A DNA stretch of 64,000 nt from the human T2T-CHM13v2.0 reference genome, Homo sapiens, in the NCBI RefSeq assembly GCF_009914755.1, contig NC_060940.1; one strand, 5' to 3'. Below are positions 44,296 to 58,102 of the stretch, one piece after another; positions within the stretch are counted from its first letter, which is position 1, and every line of letters starts with the position of its first letter. The notes under the pieces were generated by a model that saw only the letters and a list, made by a program, of their open reading frames with translations, did no database searches and was not told where the DNA came from. Made by a program: the position numbers and the translations under genes.

Positions 44296-47200
44296 GATTC
44301 CATTCAGTTCCATTCGATGATTCCCTTAGATTCCATTCGATGATTCCACTTGATTGCATTTACGATGATTCCATTCGATTCCATGTGATGATTCCATTCA
44401 ATTCTATTCAATGATGTCTCCATTTGATTCCATTCGACCATGATTGCCTTTGATTCCATTCAATGATTCCATTCGGTTCCGTTTGATGATGATTCCGTTC
44501 GATTCCATTTGATGATTCCATTTGATTCCATTGGATGAGTCCATTCGATTACATTCGATGATTATTCCATTCGAGTGCATTAGATGATTCCATTCGAGTC
44601 CATTCGATGATTCCATTCGATTCCATTCGATGTTGATTCTGTTCAAATCCATTCGATGATTCCACTCGATTCCATTCGTTGACTCCATTTGATCCCATTC
44701 GATGATTTCCTTTGATTCCCTTTGATGATCATTCCATTTGATTCAATTCGGTGATTTCATTTGATTCCATTCAGTGATGTTTCCATTCGACTCCATTCGA
44801 TGATGATTCCATTCGACTCCATTCGATTATGATTTCATTCAATTCCATTCGATAATGATTCCCTTCGAGTCCATTCGATGATTCCATTCGATTCCATTCA
44901 ACGATGATTTGATTCGTGTCCATTCGATGATTCCATTTGATTCCACTTGATGATGATTCCATTCGAGTCCATTTGATGATTCCATTCAATTCCATACTCC
45001 GATGATTTCTTTTGAGCCCACTCAATGCTTCCACTCGATTCCATATGATGATGACTCCATTCGATGAAATTCGATGATGATTCCATTCGCTTGCTTTCGA
45101 TGATGATTCCACTTGAGTCCGTTAGAAGATTCTATTCAATTACATTCCATGACGATTCCGTTCGAGTCCATTTGATGATTCCATTAGACTCCATTCGACG
45201 ATGATTCCATTCGATGTTATTCGATGATTCCATTCGATCTCATTCGATGATGATTCCATTCAACTCCATTCGATGTTTCCATTCGAGTTCATTCTATTAT
45301 TCCATTAGATTCCATTCGATGATGATTCCATTCGATTCCATTTGATGATTGCATTCTATTTCATTTGATGATGATTCCATTCGAGTCCACTCGATGATTC
45401 CATTCGAGTCCATTCGATGATTCCATTAGAGTACATTTAATGATTGCTTTGTTTTCAATTCGAAGATGATTACATTGGATTCCATTCTATGATACCATTC
45501 GGTTCCATTCAATGATGATTCCACTCAAATCCATTGGATGATTCCATTCGTGTCCATTCGGTGATTTCATTAGATTCCATTCGAGGATGATTCCATTCGA
45601 TTCCATTCGATGATTCCATTGAATTCCATTCGATGATGATTCCATTTCAGTCCATAGGATCATTCCATTTGATTTCATTCGATGATGATTCCATTCGATT
45701 CCATTCGATGATTCCATTCTATTCCATTCGATGATGATTCCATTCGATTCCATTCGATGATTCCATTCGAGTCCATTTAATGATTCCATTGGGTTCAATT
45801 CAATGATGATTACATTGGATTCCGTTCTATGATTCCATTCAATTCCGTTCATTGACAATTTGATTCCATTCGATGATGATTCCATTTGAGTTCATTCGAT
45901 GATTCTATTCGATTCTCTTCGATGGTGATTCAATTCTATTATATTGGATGATTCCATTCGATTCCATTTGATGTTGATTCAATTCGATTCTATTCGATGA
46001 TGATTCCATTGGATTTCACTTGATGATTCTATTCGATTCCATTCAATGATGATTCACTTCTCGTCCATTGGATGATTCCATTTCATTCCATTCGATGATG
46101 ATTCCATTCGATTCCATTCGATGATTCCATTTGATTCCATGCGACGGTGAGCAATTCGATTCAATTCCATGATGATTCTATTTGATTCAATTAGATGATG
46201 TTTCCATTCGAATCCATTCCATGATTATTCCACTGGAATCCATTCGGCGATGATTCCATATGAGTCAATTCAATGATGATTCCATATGGGTCCGTTCGAT
46301 GATAATTCCATTTGATTTCATTCGATGCTTCTATTCTATTCCAGTCGATGATGATTCCGTTGGAGTCCATACGATGATTCCATTTGATTTCATTTGATGA
46401 TGATTCCATTCGATGATGATTACATTGGATTCCATTCTATGATTCCATTCAATTCCATTCGTTGATGATTCGATTCCATTCAATGATGATTCCATTTGAG
46501 TTCATTCGATGATTCTATTCGATTCCGTTCGATGGTGATTCAATTCTATTATATTGGATGATTCCAGTCGATTCCATTTTATGATTATTCCATTGGAGTC
46601 CACTTAGTGAATCCTTTAGATTCTACTCGACGATGATTCCATTCGAGTCCATTCGATGATACCATTCAATTCCATTCGTTGATGCTTCCATTCAAGTGCA
46701 TTCGATGATATCATTCGATTCCATTTGATGATAATTCCATTTGATTCCATGCGATGATTCTATTCGATTCCATTCAATGATAATTCCATTCAATTCAGTG
46801 ATTCCTCTGGACTCCATTTGATGATGATTCCATTCAATGATTCCATTCGATTCTATTCGAAAATGATTCCATTTGAATCCATTTGATGATGATTCCATTA
46901 GATTCCATTTGATGATTCCATTCGATTCCATTCGATGATGATTCCATTCGATTCCGTTTGATGATTCCATTCTATTCTATTCGATGATGATTCCATTCGA
47001 TTCCATTCGATGATGATTGGATTCGATTCCATTTGATGATTTCATTTGATTCCATTCGTTAAGGATTTCGATCAATTCCATTCGATGATTCCATTCGATT
47101 CCATTGGATAATGATTACATCCGAGTCCATTCGATGATTCCATTTGAGCCTGTTCGATAATTCCATTTGAGTCCAACCAATGATTCCATTCATTTCCATT

Positions 47201-48144
47201 CAATGATTCCATTCGAGTCCATTTGATCATTCCGGTAGGGTCCATTCGATGTTGATTCCATTGGAGTGCATTCGATGATTCCATTCGAGTCCATTTTAGG
47301 ATTTGATTCGAGTCCTTTCGATGATTCCATTCGATTCCACTCGATGATGATTTCATTTGAGTCCATTCGACACTTCCAATCGATTCCATTTGATGATTCC
47401 ATTCGAGTCCAATTGATGATTCCATTCAATTCCATTCGATGATGATTCCGTACGATTCCATTCTGTGATGATTCCATGTGATTGCATTCAATGATGATTC
47501 CTTTCGATTGCATTCGATTATGATTCATTTCGTGTTCATTCTATGGTTCCACAGGTTTCCATTCCTGTCCATTCCATTATTCCATTCTATTCCATTTGAT
47601 GATGATTCCATTCGATTCCATTCATTGGTGATTCCACTCAATTCCATTCAATGATTCCATTCCATTTCTTTCAACAATGATTCCATTAGTTTCTAATCGA
47701 TGATCCACTTGATTCCATTTGACGACGATTCCATTCTTGTCCATTCGATGATTCCATTTGATTCCATATGATGATGATTCCATTCGATTCCATACCATGA
47801 TGATTCCATTCGAGTCCATTCAATGGTGATTCCATTCAATTCCATTCGATGATTCCTTTCGATTCCATTCGATGATGATGGCATTCGATTCCTTTCAATC
47901 ATTCCCTTTGATTCCATTCAAAGGTGATTTCATTCAAGTCCATTCGATAATTGCATTCGATTCCATTCTATGATGATTCCATTCGAGTCCATTTGATGAT
48001 TCCATTCAATTCAAGTCAATGATGATTCCATTCGATTCCATTCGATGATTCCATTGGATTCCATTCGATGATGATTCCATTCAAATCCATTCGATAATTC
48101 AATTCAAGTCCATTTGATGATGATTCCAATCGAATCCATTCAAA
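44296..48144 (+). repeat. Short unit U9, 3,849 bp, copy of U5
   Basis: Anchor at 44404 and 48253. Carries the U5-specific variants (e.g. CATTTCAGTCCATAGG, TTAAGGATT, TTCCTGTCC) at offset +19,847. Confidence 0.95.
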
Positions 48145-51100
48145 GATTCCATTCAGTTCCATTCGATGATTCCCTTAGATTCCATTCGATGATTCCACTT
48201 GATTGCATTTACGATGATTCCATTCGATTCCATGTGATGATTCCATTCAATTCTATTCAATGATGTCTCCATTTGATTCCATTCGACCATGATTGCCTTT
48301 GATTCCATTCAATGATTCCATTCGGTTCCGTTTGATGATGATTTCATTCGATTCCATTTGATGATTCCATTTGATTCCATTGGATGAGTCCATTCGATTA
48401 CATTCGATGATTATTCCATTCGAGTGCATTAGATGATTCCATTCGAGTCCATTCGATGATTCCATTCGATTCCATTCGATGTTGATTCTGTTCAAATCCA
48501 TTCGATGATTCCACTCGATTCCATTCGTTGACTCCATTTGATCCCATTCGATGATTTCCTTTGATTCCCTTTGATGATCATTCCATTTGATTCAATTCGG
48601 TGATTTCATTTGATTCCATTCAGTGATGTTTCCATTCGACTCCATTCGATGATGATTCCATTCGACTCCATTCGATTATGATTTCATTCAATTCCATTCG
48701 ATAATGATTCCCTTCGAGTCCATTCGATGATTCCATTCGATTCCATTCAACGATGATTTGATTCGTGTCCATTCGATGATTCCATTTGATTCCACTTGAT
48801 GATGATTCCATTCGAGTCCATTTGATGATTCTATTCAATTCCATACTCCGATGATTTCTTTTGAGCCCACTCAATGCTTCCACTCGATTCCATATGATGA
48901 TGACTCCATTCGATGAAATTCGATGATTATTCCATTCGCTTGCTTTCGATGATTCCACTTGAGTCCGTTAGAAGATTCTATTCAATTACATTCCATGACG
49001 ATTCCGTTCGAGTCCATTTGATGATTCCATTAGACTCCATTCGACGATGATTCCATTCGATGTTATTCGATGATTCCATTCGATCTCATTCGATGATGAT
49101 TCCATTCAACTCCATTCGATGTTTCCATTCGAGTTCATTCTATTATTCCATTAGATTCCATTCGATGATGATTCCATTCGATTCCATTTGATGATTGCAT
49201 TCTATTTCATTTGATGATGATTCCATTCGAGTCCACTCGATGATTCCATTCGAGTCCATTCGATGATTCCATTAGAGTACATTTAATGATTGCTTTGTTT
49301 TCAATTCGAAGATGATTACATTGGATTCCATTCTATGATACCATTCGATTCCATTCAATGATGATTCCACTCAAATCCATTGGATGATTCCATTCGTGTC
49401 CATTCGGTGATTTCATTAGATTCCATTCGAGGATGATTCCATTCGATTCCATTCGATGATTCCATTGAATTCCATTCGATGATGATTCCATTCCAGTCCA
49501 TATGATCATTCCATTTGATTTCATTCGATGATGATTCCATTCGATTCCATTCGATGATTCCATTCTATTCCATTCGATGATGATTCCATTCGAGTCCATT
49601 CGATGATTCCATTCGAGTCCATTTAATGATTCCATTGGGTTCAATTCAATGATGATTACATTGGATTTCGTTCTATGATTCCATTCAATTCCGTTCATTG
49701 ACAATTTGATTCCATTCGATGATGATTCCATTTGAGTTCATTCGATGATTCTATTCGATTCTCTTCGATGGTGATTCAATTCTATTATATTGGATGATTC
49801 CATTCGATTCCATTTGATGTTGATTCAATTCGATTCTATTCGATGATGATTCCATTGGATTTCACTTGATGATTCTATTCGATTCCATTCAATGATGATT
49901 CACTTCTCGTCCATTGGATGATTCCATTTCATTCCATTCGATGATGATTCCATTCGATTCCATTCGATGATTCCATTTGATTCCATGCGACGGTGAGCAA
50001 TTTGATTCAATTCCATGATGATTCTATTTGATTCAATTAGATGATGTTTCCATTCGAATCCATTCCATGATTATTCCATTGGAATCCATTCGGCGATGAT
50101 TCCATATGAGTCAATTCAATGATGATTCCATATGGGTCCGTTCGATGATAATTCCATTTGATTTCATTCGATGCTTCTATTCTATTCCAGTCGATGATGA
50201 TTCCGTTGGAGTCCATACGATGATTCCATTTGATTTCATTTGATGATGATTCCATTCGATGATGATTACATTGGATTCCATTCTATGATTCCATTCAATT
50301 CCATTCGTTGATGATTCGATTCCATTCAATGATGATTCCATTTGATTTCATTCGATGATTCTATTCGATTCCGTTCGATGGTGATTCAATTCTCTTATAT
50401 TGGATGATTCCAGTCGATTCCATTTGATGATTATTCCATTGGAGTCCACTTAGTGAATCCTTTGGATTCTACTCGACGATGATTCCATTCGAGTCCATTC
50501 GATGATACCATTCAATTCCATTCGTTGATGCTTCCATTCAAGTGCATTCGATGATATCATTCGATTCCATTTGATGATAATTCCATTTGATTCCATGCGA
50601 TGATTCTATTCGATTCCATTCATTGATAATTCCATTCAATTCAGTGATTCCTCTGGACTCCATTTGATGATGATTCCATTCAATGATTCCATTCGATTCT
50701 ATTCCAAAATGATTCCATTTGAATCCATTTGATGATGATTCCATTAGATTCCATTTGATGATTCCATTCGATTCCATTCGACGATGATTCCATTCGATTC
50801 CGTTTGATGATTCCATTCTATTCTATTCGATGATGATTCCATTCGATTCCATTCGATGATGATTGGATTCGATTCCATTTGATGATTTCATTTGATTCCA
50901 TTCGTTAATGATTTCGATCAATTCCATTCGATGATTCCATTCGATTCCATTCGATAATGATTACATCCGAGTCCATTCGATGATTCCATTGGAGCCTGTT
51001 CGATAATTCCATTTGAGTCCAACCAATGATTCCATTCATTTCCATTCAATGATTCCATTCGAGTCCATTTGATCATTCCGGTAGGGTCCATTCGATGTTG

Positions 51101-51990
51101 ATTCCATTGGAGTGCATTCGATGATTCCATTCGAGTCCATTTTAGGATTTGATTCGAGTCCTTTCGATGATTCCATTCGATTCCACTCGATGATGATTTC
51201 ATTCGAGTCCATTCGACACTTCCAATCGATTCCATTTGATGATTCCATTCGAGTCCAATTGATGATTCCATTCAATTCCATTCGATGATGATTCCGTACG
51301 ATTCCATTCTGTGATGATTCCATGTGATTGCATTCAATGATGATTCCTTTCGATTGCATTCGATTATGATTCATTTCGTGTTCATTCTATGGTTCCACAG
51401 GTTTCCATTCGTGTCCATTCCATTATTCCATTCTATTCCATTTGATGATGATTCCATTCGATTCCATTCATTGGTGATTCCACTCAATTCCATTCAATGA
51501 TTCCATTCCATTTCTTTCAACAATGATTCCATTAGTTTCTAATCGATGATCCACTTGATTCCATTTGACGACGATTCCATTCTTGTCCATTCGATGATTC
51601 CATTTGATTCCATATGATGATGATTCCATTCGATTCCATACCATGATGATTCCATTCGAGTCCATTCAATGGTGATTCCATTCAATTCCATTCGATGATT
51701 CCTTTCGATTCTATTCGATGATGATGGCATTCGATTCCTTTCAATCATTCCCTTTGATTCCATTCAAAGGTGATTTCATTCAAGTCCATTCGATAATTGC
51801 ATTCGATTCCATTCTATGATGATTCCATTCGAGTCCATTTGATGATTCCATTCAATTCAAGTCAATGATGATTCCATTCGATTCCATTCGATGATTCCAT
51901 TGGATTCCATTCGATGATGATTCCATTCAAATCCATTCGATAATTCAATTCAAGTCCATTCGATGATGATTATAATCGAATCCATTCAAA
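48145..51990 (+). repeat. Short unit U10, 3,846 bp, copy of U6
   Basis: Anchor at 48253 and 52099. Same GAT loss (~48948) and U6-specific variants at offset +19,847. Confidence 0.95.
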
Positions 51991-54900
51991 GATTCCATTC
52001 AGTTCCATTCGATGATTCCCTTAGATTCCATTCGATGATTCCACTTGATTCCATTTACGATGATTCCATTCTATTCCATGTGATGATTCCCTTCAATTCT
52101 ATTCAATGGTGTCTCCATTTGATTCCATTCGACCATGATTGCCTTTGATTCCATTCAATGACTCCATTCGGTTCCTTTTGATGATGATTCCGTTCGATTC
52201 CATTTGATGATTCCATTTGATTCCATTGGATGAGTCCATTCGATTACATTCGATGATTATTCCATTCGAGTGCATTAGATGATTCCATTCGAGTCCATTC
52301 GATGATTCCATTCGATTCCATTCGATGTTGATTCTGTTCAAATCCATTCGATGATTCCACTCGATTCCATTCGTTGACTCCATTTGATCCCATTCGATGA
52401 TTTCCTTTGATTCCCTTTGATGATCATTCCATTTGATTCAATTCGGTGATTTCATTTGATTCCATTCAGTGATGTTTCCATTCGACTCCATTCGATGATG
52501 ATTCCATTAGACTCCATTCGATTATGATTTCATTCAATTCCATTCGATAATGATTCCCTTCGAGTCCATTCGATGATTCCATTCGATTTCATTCAACGAT
52601 GATTTGATTCGTGTCCATTCGATGATTCCATTTGATTCCACTTGATGATGATTCCATTCGAGTCCATTTGATGATTCCATTCAATTAAATACTCCGATGA
52701 TTTCTTTTGAGCCCACTCAATGCTTCCACTCGATTCCATATGATGATGACTCCATTCGATGAAATTCGATGATGATTCCACTCGCTTGCTTTCGATGATG
52801 ATTCCACTTGAGTCCGTTAGAAGATTCTATTCAATTACATTCCATGACGATTCCGTTCGAGTCCATTTGATGATTCCATTAGACTCCATTCGACGATGAT
52901 TCCATTCGATGTTATTCGATGATTCCATTCGATCTCATTCGATGATGATTCCATTCAACTCCATTCGATGTTTCCATTCGAGTTCATTCTATTATTCCAT
53001 TAGATTCCATTCGATGATGATTCCATTCGATTCCATTTGATGATTGCATTCTATTTCATTTGATGATGATTCCATTCGAGTCCACTCGATGATTCCATTC
53101 GAGTCCATTTAATGAATCCATTGGTTTCAATTCTATGATGATTACTTTGGATTCCATTCGTTGATGATTTCATTCGGTTCCATTCAATGATGATTCCATT
53201 CAATTCCTTTCAATGTTTCCATTCAATTCCATACGATGATGATTCCATTTGATTTGATTCGACAGTGAGCCATTCGATTCAATTCCATGATGATTCTATT
53301 TGATTCAATTGGTTGACATTTCCATTCGATTCCATTCGATGATGATTCCCTTTGATTCCGTTCAAAGATGATTCCATTCTAGCCCATTCAATCATTCCAT
53401 TCGATTCTATTCAATGATGATTCCATTCATGTCGATTTGGTGATTCCATTTGACTTCATTTGATGATGATTCCTTTCAAGTTCATTAGATGATTCCATTC
53501 GATTCCATTTGATGATGATCCCATTCGAGTCCATTCAGTGATTCCATTCGTTTCCATTCCATGATGATTCCATTCCTTTCCATTCAATGATTCCATTCGA
53601 TTCCGTTTGATGATGATTTCATTCGAGTCCATTTGATGATTCCATTTGATTCCATTCGATGATGATTCCATTCGAGTCCATTCGATGATTCTATTCGAAT
53701 CCATTTGATGATTTCTTTTGATTATATTTGGTGATGATTCCATTGGAGTCCATTCAATGATTCCATTCTATTACAATCGATGATGATTCCATTAGAGTCC
53801 ATTTAATGATTCCATTTGATTCCAGTCTCTGATGATTACATTCGAGTCCATACGATGATTCCACTCAATTCCATATGATGATGATTCCATTTGATTCCAT
53901 TCGGTGATTCCATTCTATTCTATTCAATGGTGATTCCATTCGAGTACATTAGATGATTCCATTCGATTCCATTCAATGATGATTCTATTTGTGTCCCTTA
54001 GATGATTCCACATGATTCCATTAGATGATGATACTATTTGAGCCCATCCAATGATTCCCTTCGATTCCATTCGATGAGGATTCCACTCGATTCAATTCAT
54101 TGGTGATTCTATTCAATTCAATTCTTTGATTCCATTCCATTCCATTCGACAATGATTCCATTCGATTTCTTTCGATGATTCCACTCGATTCCACTTGACA
54201 TTGATTCCATTCGATTCCATTCAATGATTCCATTTGATTCCAGTGGATGATGATTGCCATCGATTCCATTCGATCACTCCATTCTATTCCATTTGATGAT
54301 GATTACATTCGATTCCATTTGATGATTCCATCTGATTCTATTCGAGGATTCCATTTGATTCCATTCGATGATGATTCCATTCGAGTCCATTCGATGATTT
54401 CATTCGAGTACATCCAATGATTCCATTCGAGTCCATTAGATGATTCCATTTGATTCCATTTGAAAATGATTCTTCTAGAGTCCATTCAATGACTCCATTC
54501 GAGTCCATTCAACAATTCCATTCGACTCCATTCGATGATTCCATTCGATTCCATTTGATGGTTCCATTCGAGTCCATTTCATCATTACAGTCGAGTCCAT
54601 TTGGTGATTCCACTGGATTTCTTTTGATAATGATACCATTCAATTACATTTGATGATGATCCCATTCAATTTCATTTGATGATGATTCCATTAGAGTCCA
54701 TTCGATGATTTCATTCGAGTCCCTTCATTGATTCCATCCGATTTCATTGGATGATGACTCCATTCGAGTCCATTCGATGATTCCACTCGATTCCATTAGA
54801 TGACTCCATTGGAGTCCATTTGATTGTTCCATTCGATTCCATTCGATTCCTTTCGAAGATTATTCCATTTGAGTCCATTCGATGATGATTCCATTCCATT

Positions 54901-57900
54901 CCATTCGATGATTCCGTTTGATTCCATTCGATGATTCCCTTCGATTCCTTTCTTTGATGATTCCATTCCATTCCATTCAATGATTCCATTCGAATCTATT
55001 CCATGATGATTCCTTTCGATTCCATTCGCTGATGTTTCCGTTCAATTCCATTCGATGATGATTCCATTCGATTCCATTCATTGAGGATTCCATTTGATTC
55101 CATTCAATGATGATTCCATTCTATTCCATTCAATGATTGCATTCAATTCCATTCAATGATTATCCCATTAGAGTAAACTCAACGATTCCATTCAATACCA
55201 TTCGATGATGATTCCTTTTGAGTCCATTCAATGATTTCATTCAAGTCCATTTGATGATTCCTTTCAATTCCATTCTATGATGATTCCATTCGAGTCCATT
55301 CGATGATTCCATTCGATTGCATTCGATGATTCCATTATATTCCATTCAACGGTGATTCCATTCGAGTCCATTCCATGATTCCATTAGAGTACATTTAATG
55401 ATTGCTTTGTTTTCAATTCGAAGATGATTACATTGGATTCCATTCTATGATACCATTCGATTCCATTCAATGATGATTCCACTCAAATCCATTGGATGAT
55501 TCCATTCGTGTCCATTCGGTGATTTCATTAGATTCCATTCGAGGATGATTCCATTCGATTCCATTCGATGATTCCATTCAATTCCATTCGATGATGATTC
55601 CATTCCAGTCCATATGATCATTCCATTTGATTTCATTCGATGATGATTCCATTCGATTCCATTCGACGATTCCATTCTATTCCATTCGATGATGATTCCA
55701 TTCGAGTCCATTCGATGATTCCATTCGAGTCCATTTAATGATTCCATTGGGTTCAATTCAATGATGATTACATTGGATTCCGTTCTATGATTCCATTCAA
55801 TTCCGTTCATTGACAATTTGATTCCATTCGATGATGATTCCATTTGAGTTCATTCGATGATTCTATTCGATTCTCTTCGATGGTGATTCAATTCTATTAT
55901 ATTGGATGATTCCATTCGATTCCATTTGATGTTGATTCAATTCGATTCTATTCGATGATGATTCCATTGGATTTCACTTGATGATTCTATTCGATTCCAT
56001 TCAATGATGATTCACTTCTCGTCCATTGGATGATTCCATTTCATTCCATTCGATGATGATTCCATTCGATTCCATTCGATGATTCCATTTGATTCCATGC
56101 GACGGTGAGCAATTCGATTCAATTCCATGATGATTCTATTTGATTCAATTAGATGATGTTTCCATTCGAATCCATTCCATGATTATTCCATTGGAATCCA
56201 TTCGGCGATGATTCCATATGAGTCAATTCAATGATGATTCCATATGGGTCCGTTCGATGATAATTCCATTTGATTTCATTCGATGCTTCTATTCTATTCC
56301 AGTCGATGATGATTCAGTTGGAGTCCATACGATGATTCCATTTGATTTCATTTGATGATGATTCCATTCGATGATGATTACATTGGATTCCATTCTATGA
56401 TTCCATTCAATTCCATTCGTTGATGATTCGATTCCATTCAATGATGATTCCATTTGAGTTCATTCGATGATTCTATTCGATTCCGTTCGATGGTGATTCA
56501 ATTCTATTATATTGGATGATTCCACTCGATTCCATTTGATGATTATTCCATTGGAGTCCACTTAGTGAATCCTTTAGATTCTACTCGAAGATGATTCCAT
56601 TCGAGTCCATTCGATGATACCATTCAATTCCATTCGTTGATGCTTCCATTCAAGTGCATTCGATGATATCATTCGATTCCATTTGATGATAATTCCATTT
56701 GATTCCATGCGATGATTCTATTCGATTCCATTCAATGATAATTCCATTCAATTCAGTGATTCCTCTGGACTCCATTTGATGATGATTCCATTCAATGATT
56801 CCATTCGATTCTATTCGAAAATGATTCCATTTGAATCCATTTGATGATGATTCCATTAGATTCCATTTGATGATTCCATTCAATTCCATTCGAAGATGAT
56901 TCCATTCGATTCCGTTTGATGATTCCATTCTATTCTATTCGATGATGATTCCATTCGATTCCATTCGATGATGATTGGATTCGATTCCATTGGATGATTT
57001 CATTTGATTCCATTCGTTAATGATTTCGATCAATTCCATTCGATGATTCCACTCGATTCCATTCGATAATGATTACATCCGTGTCCATTCGATGATTCCA
57101 TTGGAGCCTGTTCGATAATTCCATTTGAGTCCAACCAATGATTCCATTCATTTCCATTCAATGATTCCATTCGAGTCCATTTGATCATTCCGGTAGGGTC
57201 CATTCGATGTTGATTCCATTGGAGTGCATTCGATGATTCCATTCGAGTCCATTTTAGGATTTGATTCGAGTCCTTTCGATGATTCCATTCGATTCCACTC
57301 GATGATGATTTCATTCGAGTCCATTCGACACTTCCAATCGATTCCATTTGATGATTCCATTCGAGTCCAATTGATGATTCCATTCAATTCCATTCGATGA
57401 TGATTCCGTACGATTCCATTCTGTGATGATTCCATGTGATTGCATTCAATGATGATTCCTTTCGATTGCATTCGATTATGATTCATTTCGTGTTCATTCT
57501 ATGGTTCCACAGGTTTCCATTCGTGTCCATTCCATTATTCCATTCTATTCCATTTGATGATGATTCCATTCGATTCCATTCATTGGTGATTCCACTCAAT
57601 TCCATTCAATGATTCCATTCCATTTCTTTCAACAATGATTCCATTAGTTTCTAATGGATGATCCACTTGATTCCATTTGACGACGATTCCATTCTTGTCC
57701 ATTCGATGATTCCATTTGATTCCATATGATGATGATTCCATTCGATTCCATACCATGATGATTCCATTCGAGTCCATTCAACGGTGATTCCATTCAATTC
57801 CATTCGATGATTCCTTTTGATTCCATTCGATGATGATGGCATTCGATTCCTTTCAATCATTCCCTTTGATTCCATTCAAAGGTGATTTCATTCAAGTCCA

Positions 57901-58102
57901 TTCGATAATTGCATTCGATTCCATTCTATGATGATTCCATTCGAGTCCATTTGATGATTCCATTCAATTCAAGTCAATGATGATTCCATTCGATTCCATT
58001 CGATGATTCCATTGGATTCCATTCGATGATGATTCCATTCAAATCCATTCGATAATTCAATTCAAGTCCATTCGATGATGATTCCAATCGAATCCATTCA
58101 AA
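51991..58102 (+). repeat. Macro-repeat unit U11, full length 6,112 bp
   Basis: Anchor at 52099 and 58211. Its 5' part matches U7, but it lacks the 72-bp deletion. Confidence 0.95.
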
